Assembly: GCF_035084215.1 (NCBI RefSeq)
Contig: NC_090332.1
Coordinates: 29,016,001-29,080,000 of the forward strand
Reading direction: 5' to 3'
Origin: Heptranchias perlo
Lineage: Eukaryota
DNA: 64,000 nt
Positions 49,186 to 61,625 of the stretch are shown piece after piece. Made by a program: the position numbers and the translations under genes. Position 1 is the stretch's first letter. Each line of letters opens with the position of its first letter. The notes beneath the pieces are model-generated. The model saw only the letters and a program-made list of their open reading frames with translations, did no database searches and was not told where the DNA came from.

Positions 49186-50789
49186 GCCAGTTGCAAAAGT
49201 AAGTATAGGATGACAATGCATTTAAATGAAATTGGCTTTTATTATATACGCAATAGAACATATGTCCATTGAAATTATTGTTGGTGAAATTTGGACATTT
49301 AAAAAATTGCTTAGAAGTGTACAGTTAAATGGAATTATCTGCACAGGATATTAATAGTTCTTCTCCCACCTTTTATACCACCATCATCTCCAAGGAGGCA
49401 CTTTACTAATTGTTGCCAATGCAAATCTGGTCAGCCAGTAGAGACTGTTGAGTTGACCTTTCTCAACAATTTTCTATCTCCTGCATCCCTCCCCCTCCCC
49501 TCCCAAGGGATGCACTTGCCCAGATAACGCCAAATGAGCTTGGGGACATGCCACATGGTCAACCAAAGTCCTACCATGGAACAGAATTTCAGTTCTCTTA
49601 TCCTCGCCTCACTGGGCCACTCCACATTTCATAACTACTTGTTGCTCTGTTTTGTGATGATTGCAATACGTTATTGTGCTAAATTTAAGTGGTGTCATTA
49701 TGAAGATTAAAGTAAAATAGAACTATAAAAGTTAACTGTCTGTTAAAAAATTCTATTTTCCTGTCTTTGCACACTGTAATGTTATGCCAAGGTATGTTTT
49801 AAAACAAGCCCATTTTAAATAAAACCAGTACGTCTTTTGAAGCAGCAATATTTTTCATCAAAACAGATGCTTGTTTTGAAAGCATTACACTTTACTGTAG
49901 CCAACACATATTTGAAACATTAAAAACAAATATGGTGATGATGGACATAGCCACACAGCTGCAAATGAGGTCATCCACCAGTTACATATAGTGGAAGTGA
50001 TAGTTATGTGTGCAGTGTCAACCAAGTTAAATTCCTGGTTGAAAATCTGAAGCTGAACACTGATATTACAAAACTTTTGTCGCACTACAATACTTAGGAA
50101 CTGAAGTTCTTGCCTTCGCTACTTCTGGCAAAAAAAAAATGACCTTTTTAGCCCTGAATGAAAACAGGAACTGCATTCATTGCCTATAGGTTTTGCAGCA
50201 TTTATAATTGTTTCTAGGAATGTGTGCAATTTACAACCAATGGAGTTGGATATTGCTGCTTCAGAAGAGCTGGGCCATAATTGAACTTTCAGTTGAAATT
50301 TGTTTTGTTCTCACATTTTTAATGTAATTGTGCTTCATGTTGTCCAGATGTTGGCAACATGTCAGAAATCACTATTTATACGTGCTGAGTGATTTCACAA
50401 AGAGATCTCATCCTTCATGGATCATCTAACATTTTTTGGAGCTTCATATCAATGCCAAGTTCATCAAACGATTACACTGCCACTTTCAGATAACAAGCTA
50501 TTGTGTGGTATAAGCATTCAGAATTTTCCAAAACTTTCCAAACAACTCCCAATTAGCCTTCAAAAGTATTCAGTAAAGCTTTGAAAAAGCTGCCATGAAG
50601 ACCCTGCAGCATAGAAATGACTGTGATATTACTGTGCGGATGCTCGGTGCATTCGTAAGATAATATCTGGGTTAACACCTCCGCTAAAATAATGAATAGA
50701 GGAATGTCATGAAAATTTCTTGAGAATTCATATAGTAATGTGGCAAATAGCCATTTCTAGGCTCACAAGACAATTTTCACTTAAGAGTA

Positions 50790-50968
50790 ACAATTTTAAC
50801 CTAATTTTAACCTGATTTTAACCTAACGCGCCCAGCGAGAACAGGTTGCGTTTGGGTCATAGGCCTGATTTACACTCTACCCTGAATTTTACGCTGAGTG
50901 AGATGTAAATCGGGCATTCGACCGATTTATACCTGTTCTCGCCGGGTGGATTAAGTTAGAATCGGGGC
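50790..50968. mobile_element. Palindromic MITE
   Basis: cctgattttaaccta..cccagcgagaacaggt / acctgttctcgccggg..ttagaatcgggg; attttaacct repeated three times at left end. Confidence 0.65.
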
Positions 50969-51096
50969 TATAGAAATAGTCTGAAGGAGTTACAAAATGA
51001 AACCTTATAGCACTCAAATAATATTTGATTAATATAATTTAAGTAACAAAATATATGCACACCAGCAGTGCAACTATTTCTTCCAACAGTCCATTA

Positions 51097-51242
51097 GGGG
51101 GTAATTGGTGATGGTGTAAAATGGCAATATTGAATTGGCCACCTGTTGACTTCAATGGAAAGGAAAATCAGGTGTGGTGTATAATGGGCAGCCGATCCGA
51201 TATCGGCCATTTTACATCATCGGCAAAAATTAAAATGATCCA
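51097..51242. mobile_element. Palindromic MITE
   Basis: gatggtgtaaaatggcaatattgaattggc / gccgatccgatatcggccattttacatcatc. Confidence 0.6.
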
Positions 51243-51291
51243 GATAACTTCATAGTTTCACAGGTTTCTTTCAGCTTTTAAATGCTTGAAT

Positions 51292-51570
51292 GTCAGCTAG
51301 GCTTAGTTGGTAGCATTCTTGTCTGTGTCAGAAGATTGTGGATTCAGGCCTCACTGAGGGAATGCTGCATTGTTAGAGGTGCTGCTAGACTGAGCCGACT
51401 TGTCCAGGTGGATGTAAAAGAACTTGGGGCACTTTTTCAAAAAAAGAGCAGGGCATTCTCCTGTGCCCTAGCCAACATTCATCCTCAAAACCAACAGACT
51501 AAACTGGCCAGTCATCTCACTGCTGTTTGTGGGACCTTGATGTGCACAAAGTAGCTGCCACATTTGCCTT
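51292..51570 (+). mobile_element. Deu-domain tRNA-derived SINE (SacSINE1-like)
   Basis: tRNA-like head ggcttagttggtagca; caggtggatgtaaaaga...gagcaggg..ttctcc...gccaacatt; ctcactgctgtttgtgggaccttg. Confidence 0.7.
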
Positions 51571-51580
51571 CAAAAAAACA

Positions 51581-51810
51581 GGGATAAGACTTTCCCTCAA
51601 TGTGGATTTCGGGTAACTGGCCAATTGTGCTGACAGGAGGGCCGGGCCTCATTCACACAGGGACGGACAGCTGCGGGTGGAAAACGAGCGCCCTGGGGTC
51701 ACCCTGACCCGTTGGACAGCAGCCCAGGTTGTTTTTGTGAAGTTTGGGGAAGCACACTTGCTCCTTCCAGCCCCACAAAAATAAATGAGAACTTACCTTC
51801 TGGGCTTCTC
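51581..51810 (-). mobile_element. GC-rich MITE remnant carrying the donor-plus-hairpin module
   Basis: ccgggcctcatt and ggggaagcacacttgctccttccagccccacaa..cttacct resemble 32560-32806; termini unclear. Confidence 0.5.
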
Positions 51811-53269
51811 TTTGGCTGGAGTGCTAGCTGAAACTGTATGGAGGGTACATAGTGCATACACTGCCCAGGCACAAGATTTTAGGAATGATGGGAGATGAAT
51901 ACTTACTTTAGTCAGGATAGCAAACCAATGACATTTAATATATGGGACTGTGGAGTGCTTGAAACCTCTGCTTACTTCAGCATCTATTCCTCATTTTGGG
52001 GGAAGTGGACCTTTTTTTGAGAAATGAGACTTCAATTTCAAATTCAAGAACTGTCTCTGAAAACTCAGTGATTTACTGTTCCTCAAACTCCGAAACCAGC
52101 ATGTTTACTGCCTTGTGGACTAAGCAAAACTGGGCACTCAGGCAGCAAATCACACAACATGGGGTAAGCGCGGAACTTCGCAAACCAGATTTGTCGGCGG
52201 GATGTTGCGCTAAATCGCTTCTTTTACTCATAGCGTGTTCATTCATTGCTTGATCCGCTGGGACCAGCATTGAAGTCAGCTATTAGACATGGGGATATGG
52301 GAAACTAGGGGGAAAGCTACTTTAACCAAAAAGGAAACAAAAAGACTGTACATTTCTTCCTAAGCAGTATCTGCAGTTTATCTAGTGGCTCCTTGTAGGT
52401 TATTGAACGCCTTTGAGCAACTTAATTGAAGTTCTTCCAAATACTATATGAAGGCCATCCATGCTGGTAACTCAGCTGTAATTCAAAACAGACCACAGGA
52501 CCTTTAGCAACGGTTTTATATCCATAAAACGGGAGGCTGTATTCCCAGTAGAATAATAACTGCATTTTAGAATGATTTTATTTCTGTGCATTTACAAGAT
52601 TGTCTCTTCTAAGAATATCGATAGATGATTTATTGTAGCAAGGGTTGTTACAGTAACATGTTCCAAGTGGCTGCACACTATTGCTTTAGGAATCCCTTTC
52701 TGACATATTTGCTCTTCCTTTGTATAGCCAGCCATCTGTGCCACACCTGTGGAATATGAGATCTGCCCAACAATTTATTGTGTCCCACCCAAATTTCATA
52801 TTACTAAATGGATCAAGCAGAACTTCGTCCTTCTAGATGTTATATCTCGTTTTTAAAAATTGAGATAAACCTTTCCCAATTCGCCTCCTATTGTACCCCC
52901 GCCACTGCCCCAATCCCTGTGGGTCATACATCAACAGTGGCTGAGCAGGTGGCCAGGTTAGCAAGCTTCTCCCAGGCCCGCATCAATGCTGAATCAGTCA
53001 CTAGTGGAAACATAAAAGTATTTGAGTCTTTGGGGAAGCCATTCTATGCCACTCAGCTCCTCCACCAAGCAATGCGTCTGAGATTGAGAATACAACAGAC
53101 AAGTTGAAAATGTTGGGCTCTTATAACTCAGTTTCTCTTGTTAATTGTCATGAAAACACTTTCCACTGATCGACTTCATGCACGTTTATTTCTCTCCTGT
53201 CACTATTAATGCTCCAGTTACACAGAGGAGCCTCTTTTTACCATACAGTTGCAGTCATAATTCTTCACT

Positions 53270-54088
53270 CCTCGTTCCCCAGCCTCTTCATTCTTGCATT
53301 GGCACCCAGTCTTGCAGCCGCTATGATCATGCCCTCTGGAGCGCCCTCCCAAAATCTCTCCACCTTACCTCCTCCCTCCTGGGTTGCAAAAGCCTACTAA
53401 AGACTTTTCCTTTCAACTGGTCCTCAACTAAATTCTACCTTCTTTCCTCCTGGTGTTCGTTTCATTGTGTGATTTGTAAAGTGTCCAACATGAGAATCAC
53501 TATATAAATGCTAATTGTTTTTGTTGTTGTTTACAGGATGGTAGAGAGGGGTTAGGTAGGAACCAAAGTATGGTTGAAGGGTCCTTAAGACACTTTTGAA
53601 GGCAGGAAAGGAGGTGATATGATGGAGATGCTGAGGAAAGGAATTCCAAAGGGTGGGGCATAGTGACTGAAGGAATAGCCACCAATAATTGAGTGCAGTA
53701 AGTGGGGAATGAGAAGTGGGCTGGTGTTTGAGGAATGAAGAGTGTGCACAGGGAGATATGGTTGGAGGAGGTAGCAGACATAGGGAGGGAAAGCATGGAG
53801 AGATTTGACAGTTGATTCTCTGGGGCATGGGAAGCCAGTGGAGATTGGTGAGAACAGGAAGTGAAGGGGCTGTGGGCCTCAGTGAGAACACAGGATTGTG
53901 TTCTGGATGCTTTGTAGTTAATGGAAGGTGGGAGTATTGAAGTGATAAAGGCATGGATTAGGACTTCTGCAGCAGATGGGGCGAGGCAAAGCCGGAGGCA
54001 AGTGATGATTCAGAGTAGATAAAAGCAGTCATGGCGACAGATTCAATATGGGAGCAGGAGCTGGGTTTGGGATTGAGTAAGATACTAA
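53270..54088. mobile_element. Old L2 3' fragments, tail-to-tail
   Basis: ORF LTNLHWLPMPQRI on minus; plus-strand tail tatataaatgcta..gttgtt at ~53500-53530. Confidence 0.7.
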
Positions 54089-54230
54089 AGCCCTGATTTT
54101 AACGGGATGGGAATTGGGGCAGACGGGGAAAGAGGCGAGCGACAAGCCCCCACAATGTCTGCGGTATGAGGCCCGGGTGATTTTAACACCGGTGCTTTAT
54201 TTCAATGTGATTGATGGGCTGCCCACCCGA

Positions 54231-55040
54231 TCATAGAAACATAGAAACATAGAAAATAGGAGCAGGAGTAGGCCATTCTGTCCTTCGAGCCTGCTCCGCC
54301 ATTCAATATGATCATGGCTGATCCTTTATCTCAATACCATATTCCCACTCTCTCCCCATATCCCTTGATGCCTTTTGTGTCTAGAAATCTATCTAGCTCC
54401 TTCTTAACTATATTCAGTGACTTGGCCTCCACAGCCTCCTGTGGTAGAGAATTCCACAGGTTCACCACCCTCTGAGTGAAGAAATTTCTCCTCATCTCAG
54501 TCCTAAATGTCCTACCCTGTATCCTGAGACTGTGACCCCTCGTTCTGGACCCACCAGGCAGGGGAAACATCCTCCCTGCATCCAGTCTGTCTAGCCCTGT
54601 CAGAATTTTATACGTTTCAATGAGATCCCCTCTCATTCTTCTAAACTCTGGTGAATACAGACCTAGTCGACCCAATCTCTCCTCATACGACAGTCCTGCC
54701 ATCCCAGAAATCAGTCTGGTAACCTTCGCTGCACTCCCTCTATGGCAAGTATATCCTTTCTTAGGTAAGGAGACCAAAACTGCACACAATACTCCAGGTG
54801 TGGTCTCACCAAGGCCCTGTATAACTGCAGTAAGACATCCTTGCTCTTGTACTCAAATCCTCTTGTAATGAAGGCCAACATACCATTTGCCTTCCTAACT
54901 GCATGTTTGCTTTCAGTGACTGGTGTACAAGGACACCCAAGTCCCTTTGTACATCAACATTTCCCAATCTTACATCATTTAAATAATACTCTGCCTTTCT
55001 CTTTTTCTCTCCGAAGTGGATAACTTCACATTTATCCACT
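54231..55040 (-). mobile_element. CR1 LINE 3' part
   Basis: (catagaaa)n tail; LSYEERLGRLGLYS.EFRRMRGDLIETYKI. Confidence 0.92.
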
Positions 55041-55172
55041 TTGGAAACAGACAGCCTGGCCATTTTCTCTGCGCAGGCCGCCCGAGGCCTATTTAAAGCA
55101 GAAATGCATATTTAAAGTGAGGTTACATTCCTTGCTTTCACATTTCACTGTCCCACTGCTGCAAGGAGGGGA

Positions 55173-57260
55173 ATCTCTGAAATTAGTCACAGCGCTGCTC
55201 CCAGGTTTTCAGATGCCTCCCTGGAGGCACTGGTGGAGGAGGTCAGGGCAAGGAAGGAGGTACAGTTTCCCAGCACGCACAGGAGCATCCCCAGAGCAAC
55301 TATCCATCAGGCCTGGACAGAGGTGGCTGTCGGGCTCAATGCCAGCAGCATCGCCCCCAGGACCTGGGTTCAGCATAGGAAGAGATTCAATGACCTCACA
55401 AGAGCATTAAGTGTGAGTACAGCTCTGCATCTCTCCAGCTCTCTCAACAGCACCTGACTATACTGCTGTCACCTCCTCCCCACCACTCTCAACAAATCCC
55501 TCCCCTCCATCACATCCTTCAACTGGCAATCAGAAGGGCACAATGCAACACCTTTCTTTCTCATTGCAAACACATTCTCCTCTTCCTTTGCTGTCTGCAC
55601 AGCTCACACTAACACCATTCTCTTCTCACATCCTCACACTTGCACATTCACCAACTCCTCCCAGCACTCCTTCCTCACTTCATATTCCACACACTTGGCT
55701 TTCTATTCACCAGCTCTCAATCCTCATTCCATCTTGCTTCTTCTCCAGCTCTCAGTACTTGCACTATATGCACAAGTTCTACACATCTCTATTTACCCTT
55801 TTGAGAGCCACTCACTAACTCTCATCCTCTCTTTCTGCAGCACAAAACAGCACATAATGCCAGGGAGAGGAGCAAGATAGGGGAGGAGTACCTGACATCG
55901 CAGCCCTCATCCAAATGGAACAGGAAGCCTTGGGGATTAATGGCTGGGGCAAAGCAATGGGCATCGGGGAAGGTGAGGCTGTCAGTTTATCTGAGCAGAG
56001 TGTCTGCATGTTACTTGCAACCCTTAATTCACCTCAGCAAATATTCAGCAAGCTTTACAACTACAAGCTGCATTCTGAAGACTGTCAGCTGCTAGTGTTC
56101 AGCCTCTCAGTGCCATCCTAACTCTTGTCCCTCTTGTCTTTCCTCTAAGTACCTGGACCCTGCAGAAGAAGACACCTCAGAGGTGGACAATCTTCCTGAG
56201 GATGCACCATCACAAGCTCCATTTCTCCCAAGCACCAACACAGACATTGGCACTTCACATGGGTTAGATAGTGAGAAGAAGGCACGGCACTTAATGGAGC
56301 ACCCAGCACGAGTGAGCAGCAGCAGGTAGTGGTGGCCCACGACAGCCCAGGAGACAGCTTGCTGGAGGGTATGGTCCTCTCCTGCTGAGCAGAATTAAAA
56401 TACCAGGGGCCCAGCCATGAGAAGAAAACTGCTTGTCTCACACGAGTAGTTATACCCAGGTACTGGGAAGGCCTGCCAAGTATGCAGGAGTCTGCTTCCA
56501 GTCTGTGTAGTGTCATCTCACAAAGCATCACTACTCTGCAGTCTACCTTGGAGAGTGTGTCCACCTCCAGGGATGTTGCAGCCGGGCCCTCACAACAGGA
56601 GTCAATGTCACCAGACTTTACAGCTTTGGTAGAAGCAGGCTTTGGGCTCCACGTTGGAGAGACAGGTGTCCATCTTGGACAAATTGGTGGACTGAATAGA
56701 TAGGGGCTTTCAAGGAGTCACTCATGTTCTGAAGCCTGCTCTTCTGTAGATCAGGGAAAGTTATGAGCCCCACGGAAGTGCCAGTGGTGCAACGGAATAA
56801 GTACATGTTGTCCTCTCTCAGGATGTCAGCATGATTGTTCCTTTGTCACCCTCTTAACCAGCCGAGGTGCAGCAGTCTTCAGCTGGGCCCTTACAGGCTC
56901 GAGCACCCGGAATTCACTGGCCACAAGCATCTCAAGGGTGCTAATTGTATCCATGTGATTTATATCATTTAGTGTTAATTTTATTCAGGTGGTGCATATT
57001 ATTTAGGGATTCTCTTGTATCCATTTATATGAGAGCTTATCTAGGGTGTGGATCTCTGTGAATAAAGGCTTGGAAGCAACTGAAGACCAGACTCTAGTAT
57101 TCTATCCTTCCCCACCTGGCTATCCAGGTTATAACAAAGGGTCCTAACATGAACAGTAGCCTTCCACCAGCTTTATTGAGGCCATTAAGGGAACACCTCG
57201 TAGGAGTAATAGATTTAGGAAACCTCCTCATACGAAAGGCATCATGGGTTCACACTTGGG
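55173..57260 (+). pseudogene. Spliced Myb/SANT-like partner gene of element E
   Basis: Exon 1 AAPRFSDASLEALVEEVRARKEV..HQAWTEVA...RTWVQHRKRFNDLTR|gtgagt (55413); acceptor ttctgcag at 55840 then HKTAHNARE; probable start mutated to ATC. Confidence 0.88.
56939..57136 (+). mobile_element. Solo LTR (198 bp)
   Basis: TG...CA ends, AAGGG 5-bp duplication (56934-56938, 57137-57141), AATAAA at 57061. Confidence 0.85.
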
Positions 57261-57384
57261 TAAGAAATTAATAGAAGGCAATTATTGTGTTGGTAATTAA
57301 ATTCATCACCGTTATCACATTTGGCAATTTAGTCTGCAGTATGGTTTAATAGCAGCTTCTGAGTTGGCATTGTCAGTATATCAT

Positions 57385-57490
57385 TGACTACAACAGTGAC
57401 TACACTTCAAAATTACTTCATTGGCTGTAAAGCATTTTGGGACATCCTGAGGTCGTGAATAGCGCTATATAAATGCAAGTTCTTTCTTTT
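57385..57490 (+). mobile_element. SINE 3' part with L2-type tail
   Basis: acagtgactacacttcaaaa.tacttcattggctgtaaagc..tttgggacatcctgagg...gcgctatataaatgcaagttcttt. Confidence 0.75.
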
Positions 57491-57614
57491 AGAAGCTGGC
57501 TGAATGGTTTCAATGTTCTATAATGCAGGTTTGAGGGGGTGTTGAAGGATGTAACACGGACTGTTAATTGCAGAGGGGCTTTGTGTAAGTTTTCAGGGCA
57601 GGGGAATGAGCAAG

Positions 57615-58752
57615 ACACCAGAATCACTGAGCAATTAACTCATCCCTCGTATCTCTTGCTGCAAGGTGTTGAGGTGGCCCTCCTTCTTCTGCTGCTTCCT
57701 TACCATCACCCTGATCTTCCTTGTCTGATGAGGACTGCTGCTTTTGCTCTGCCTCCTCCAAATGCAAACCTCTCTATGGCAAGCTTGTACAGGATGCAGC
57801 ACACCATGTGGGAGACTCTTTCAGGGGCATATTGTAGGAAGCCCCCAGACCTGTTCAGACACCTGAACCTCTGTTTCAGCAGCGCCATGATGTGCTCAAT
57901 AATGGTCCTGGTGTTCCTATGGCATTGATTATACCTGTGCTACTCAGGTATGGTGAGGTTGCAGAGGGGTGTCATGAGCCACATGTGTAGAGGGTACTCC
58001 TTGTCCCCCAGCAGCCATCCTGTCACAATGGTGGAAGTGTGACATATTGGGTGGGGGTGGTGGGGGGTGGCAATGGTTGAATGTTGTGGGATATGCATCT
58101 TGACAGCTGCCTGGGTACCTTGCACAAATTTGCATGATCCTGTTTCTGTGATCAGGAGACTAGCTGGACTTTAATAGATTGGTAGCTCTACTTATTCATG
58201 AAGGCTGTTGATTGGTGTTCTGGTGCCCTGATGGCAACATGTGTGTAGTCCATGACACTCTGAACGTGAGGGAAGCCAGTCGCTGCTGCAAATCCCTGAG
58301 CTGACTGTTGAGGTCAATGGGATATGTGATGTACTGGTCAGCTCTAGCAAACAGGGCATTGCTTACCTGCTTAATGCAGCTGTATACTGCAGACTGGGAT
58401 ATGCAGGAGATGCCCCCCATAGCGGACTGGACTGAGCCAATGGCAAAGAAGTTAAGGGCTGTGGTGACTTTGAGAGCTACTGGCAAAGCATGGCCACCTA
58501 GTCCAGCAGGCAGCAGGTCCTGTTGCAAGAGGCTACAGAAGTCTACAAAAGCCTGCCTGGAAATGCACAGCCTCCTGATGCACTGCTCTTCAGTTAGATC
58601 CAAGAAAGCGATTCTTGGCCTGTACAGCCTATGTGCTGGGTATGGCCTCCTACGAGCACCCCCTCACCTGATGTCTTCGAATGTGGCTGCTGCTGCTGCT
58701 CATTTTCCAAGTGTTCCTCCATCCAAATGTAACTAGCAATAATAGTACTCAT
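57615..58752 (-). pseudogene. HARBI1-like Harbinger transposase of element E
   Basis: DLTEEQCIRRL, LPVALKVTTALNFFA, QICARYPGSCQDAY, GWLLGDKEYPLHMWLMTP, LLKQRFRCLNRSGG..CCIL. Confidence 0.93.
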
Positions 58753-59477
58753 GACAGGAGATAAAGTTTACTAAGCGTGAGTAACGGGGAAAAAAATCAC
58801 AGAAAGAAGTGATCTGCAAGGTGGAATCTCTCCTGGCAATTCAAACAGCTCAGTGGCACACAGGTCCTATGATCATATACTTGCAGTTGAGTGTCCCTTT
58901 AAACACAGCTTCAGTGGCTCTGAGAAACCAATCCCACTAGGTTTCACTGGTGAGTTGGGCGGTGGGCAGCACGTCCGTGATTTCGCGTTAAAATAAGCCT
59001 GGGTCCTAACTGTGTCATTGGATCTGCATGTATTCATAACCCCACCTGCCTCTGGGAGGGTGCCTCAGTTGACTAAAAGAACTGCATGGTTAAAATGGTA
59101 AGACCTCTCCAGCAATTTTAACCACCTGTTCTCCTGCTCTGCTCCTTTTGGGTGAGCAGGATTAAAATCATCCCTTAAGGTTTTGTACCTATGGGCTTTG
59201 TGAAGTAGCAGCATTCTAGAAGTTATAGTGCACATACTGTTGGCAGAAAGTGACTCTGGGCATTCTTGGAGTTTCATCTATAGAACGCTTGCACAAAGTG
59301 ACATTCGGGTATTCTGGGAGTTGTAGTCTGCCAGCTAGTCGAGGCCCTTCATTCAGCTGACCGAGTGGTAGTTCTGTTGTTTAGAGCTATTTTAAACACA
59401 CCACACGGTTATGTAGGTAATTTTAATCATATTCGTGTGAATTTTTTACATCGTTAGTATATTAGAAATCCCAATAT

Positions 59478-60032
59478 AGTGCAGTGTCCAGTTCTGGGCA
59501 CCGCACTTTAGGAAAGGTGTCAGGGCCTTAGAGAGGGTGCAGAAGAGATTTACTAGAACGATTCCAGGGATGAGGGACTTTAGTTAAGTGGATAGACTGG
59601 AGAAGCTGGGGTTGTTCTCCTTGGAACAGAGAAGGTTGCAAAGATTTGATAGAGATATTAAAAATCATGAAGGGTCTAGACAGAGTAGATAGAGAGAAAC
59701 TGTTCCCATTGGCGGAAGGGTCAAAAACCAGAGGACACAGATTTAAGGTGATTGGCAAAAGAACCAAAGGTGACATAAGGAAAAACGTTTTTTACACAGT
59801 GAGTGGTTAGGATCTGGAATCCACTACCCGAGGGGGTGGTGGAGGCAGATTCAATCACGGCCTTCAAAAGGGAATTGGATAAGTACTTGAAAGGAAAAAA
59901 TTTGCAGGGCTACGGGGATAGGGAGGGGGAGTGGGACTAGCTGGATTGCTCTTGCTTAGAGCCAGTGCGGACTCAATGGGCTGAATGGCCTCCTTCCGTG
60001 CAGTAACCTTTCTATGATTCTTTCTATGATTC
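59478..60032 (+). mobile_element. CR1 LINE 3' part
   Basis: VQFWAPHFRK...LERVQKRFTR; (ttctatga) tail. Confidence 0.9.
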
Positions 60033-60396
60033 AATACTAAATCTTTAGCTTACTAAGGAGACATGATGGTGACTGAAAGAATTTCCAGAAGCTTCTGAAG
60101 TGATTTCTTTGGTTCCCCTTCTGCTACTCTTTATTGGTAGCTGTTTGTTGACTGTTCATTTTGATTAGTTGTTTTCCACTTTGTGGTTGGTGGGTTTCAT
60201 TTCCACTTTCTATTTGCTCATTGGCACAGCCTCAACCTCCTAAGTTGTGATTTGTTGCTGTTTTATGAATGTGAAGTTTGAGCAAATCAGATGCAAGTGT
60301 AACATAGAAATTTACATTTACTCAAGTGTGATGCCTTCAGTGTGACAAATCACCTATTAACTGCAAGACGTGTGTGTATGTGTGTATATATACATT

Positions 60397-61182
60397 GGCC
60401 AGTAAATTGCTCTGAGTGGTGAACCAGCACAGCTCGCCACTCATTAGATTTAAACTCCCCCAGTAAGTTACTGCGTTGTTTTTGGTGGCAACTTCCTTGA
60501 AATTCGAGTTCAAAAAAACAGCGGCCTTCCTGGGCTGAATGAGTAGGTAAAGGATCCCTCTGTCCCATCAGCCAATCAGCATGAAGCAAGCCACATTGCG
60601 AGAATCAGGAAGTGAAACTCAATTAACAAACCGCGCAGGCTAAAAACCAGGAAGTGCCCGATAAGGTTAGTAAATGTACAATAATATGAGATATTAGAAA
60701 GCGAAATAAAAATAGGGTAAGATTTAAAGACTGAGATGAAAGAGACAGAAAGAAAAAGTAAAAAATAATTAAAATTCTTTAATTTAAAATTTTGTTTTTA
60801 AATGTCCAAAAACTATTAAAATCAGAAGTAACGAGACTCCACATTTTTAAAAGCTAATTTTCAGTGCCAGTGAGATTGTTTGGTATCATTAATGCTTACC
60901 ACTCCATTAAAAGTTAGTTTAGATCTAAAAAACTCAGCTTACCTTTTTTTGTGGTGAGATTAGTTAGTTTCCAGCTGGGCAGGAGAGCAAGTTCGCGCTG
61001 GTCCATTGATTGCAGTCGGTGAGGTCTCTTCAATGCAAAGCTTTCACATCACCGGGGAATCAGGAAGAGCAAGTTCAGGATTTCCTCATTTGACTACGCA
61101 TGTGCAATCATTGGAACTTGCTCTTCAATTTGCCCATTAACAACTGTTAGGCTCACTGTTATTTTACAAGCAATTTCCGGCC
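60397..61182 (-). mobile_element. MITE family M4, uninterrupted copy
   Basis: GGCCAGTAAATTGC / GCAATTTCCGGCC termini; homologous to 43129-45862. Confidence 0.8.
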
Positions 61183-61429
61183 AATTGTTGAAAAGCACAA
61201 AAATAAGATGAAGAAATGTGCCTTCTAACTTCTTTTTACTGCTGCTGTTCTAATAAACCGTTAAATAAAAAGTATTAACAAATGTACAATACTGGTGTAC
61301 AGAAAGCAGTAAAATGAATTATTTATTCAGCACATACAAAGCATAAACAGAAGATTGTTGTTAATTTGAATTAATTCCAGAATAATATGAATTAAATGGA
61401 AATATTCCTCAGTAGTGAGCACCTCGTAT

Positions 61430-61625
61430 TCAATCTCAGGATATGGGCATTACTTGCAAGGCCGGCATTTATTGCCCATCCCTCGTTCCCCAGGTTTGAT
61501 GGCTTGCTAGGCCATTTCAGAGACCAGTTAAGAGTTGACTATGTTGGCGTGCGACTGGAGTCACATATAGGCCAGACCGGTTAAGGACGTAAGGTTTCCT
61601 TCCCTAAAGGAGGTTAGTGAACAAA
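61430..61625 (-). mobile_element. Repeat with LINE 3' end related to 39477-40426
   Basis: gcaaggccggcatttattgcccatccct motif. Confidence 0.6.

Larger units (their letters stand above)
54090..59174 (-). mobile_element. Full-length decayed Harbinger element E with nested CR1, solo LTR and SINE tail
   Basis: Termini GCCCTGATTTTAAC / ATTAAAATCATCCC; Myb-like gene on +, transposase on -. Confidence 0.8.

Noticed and set aside
51292-51350. tRNA gene
   Set aside because: tRNA-derived SINE head; no cloverleaf, continues into Deu core
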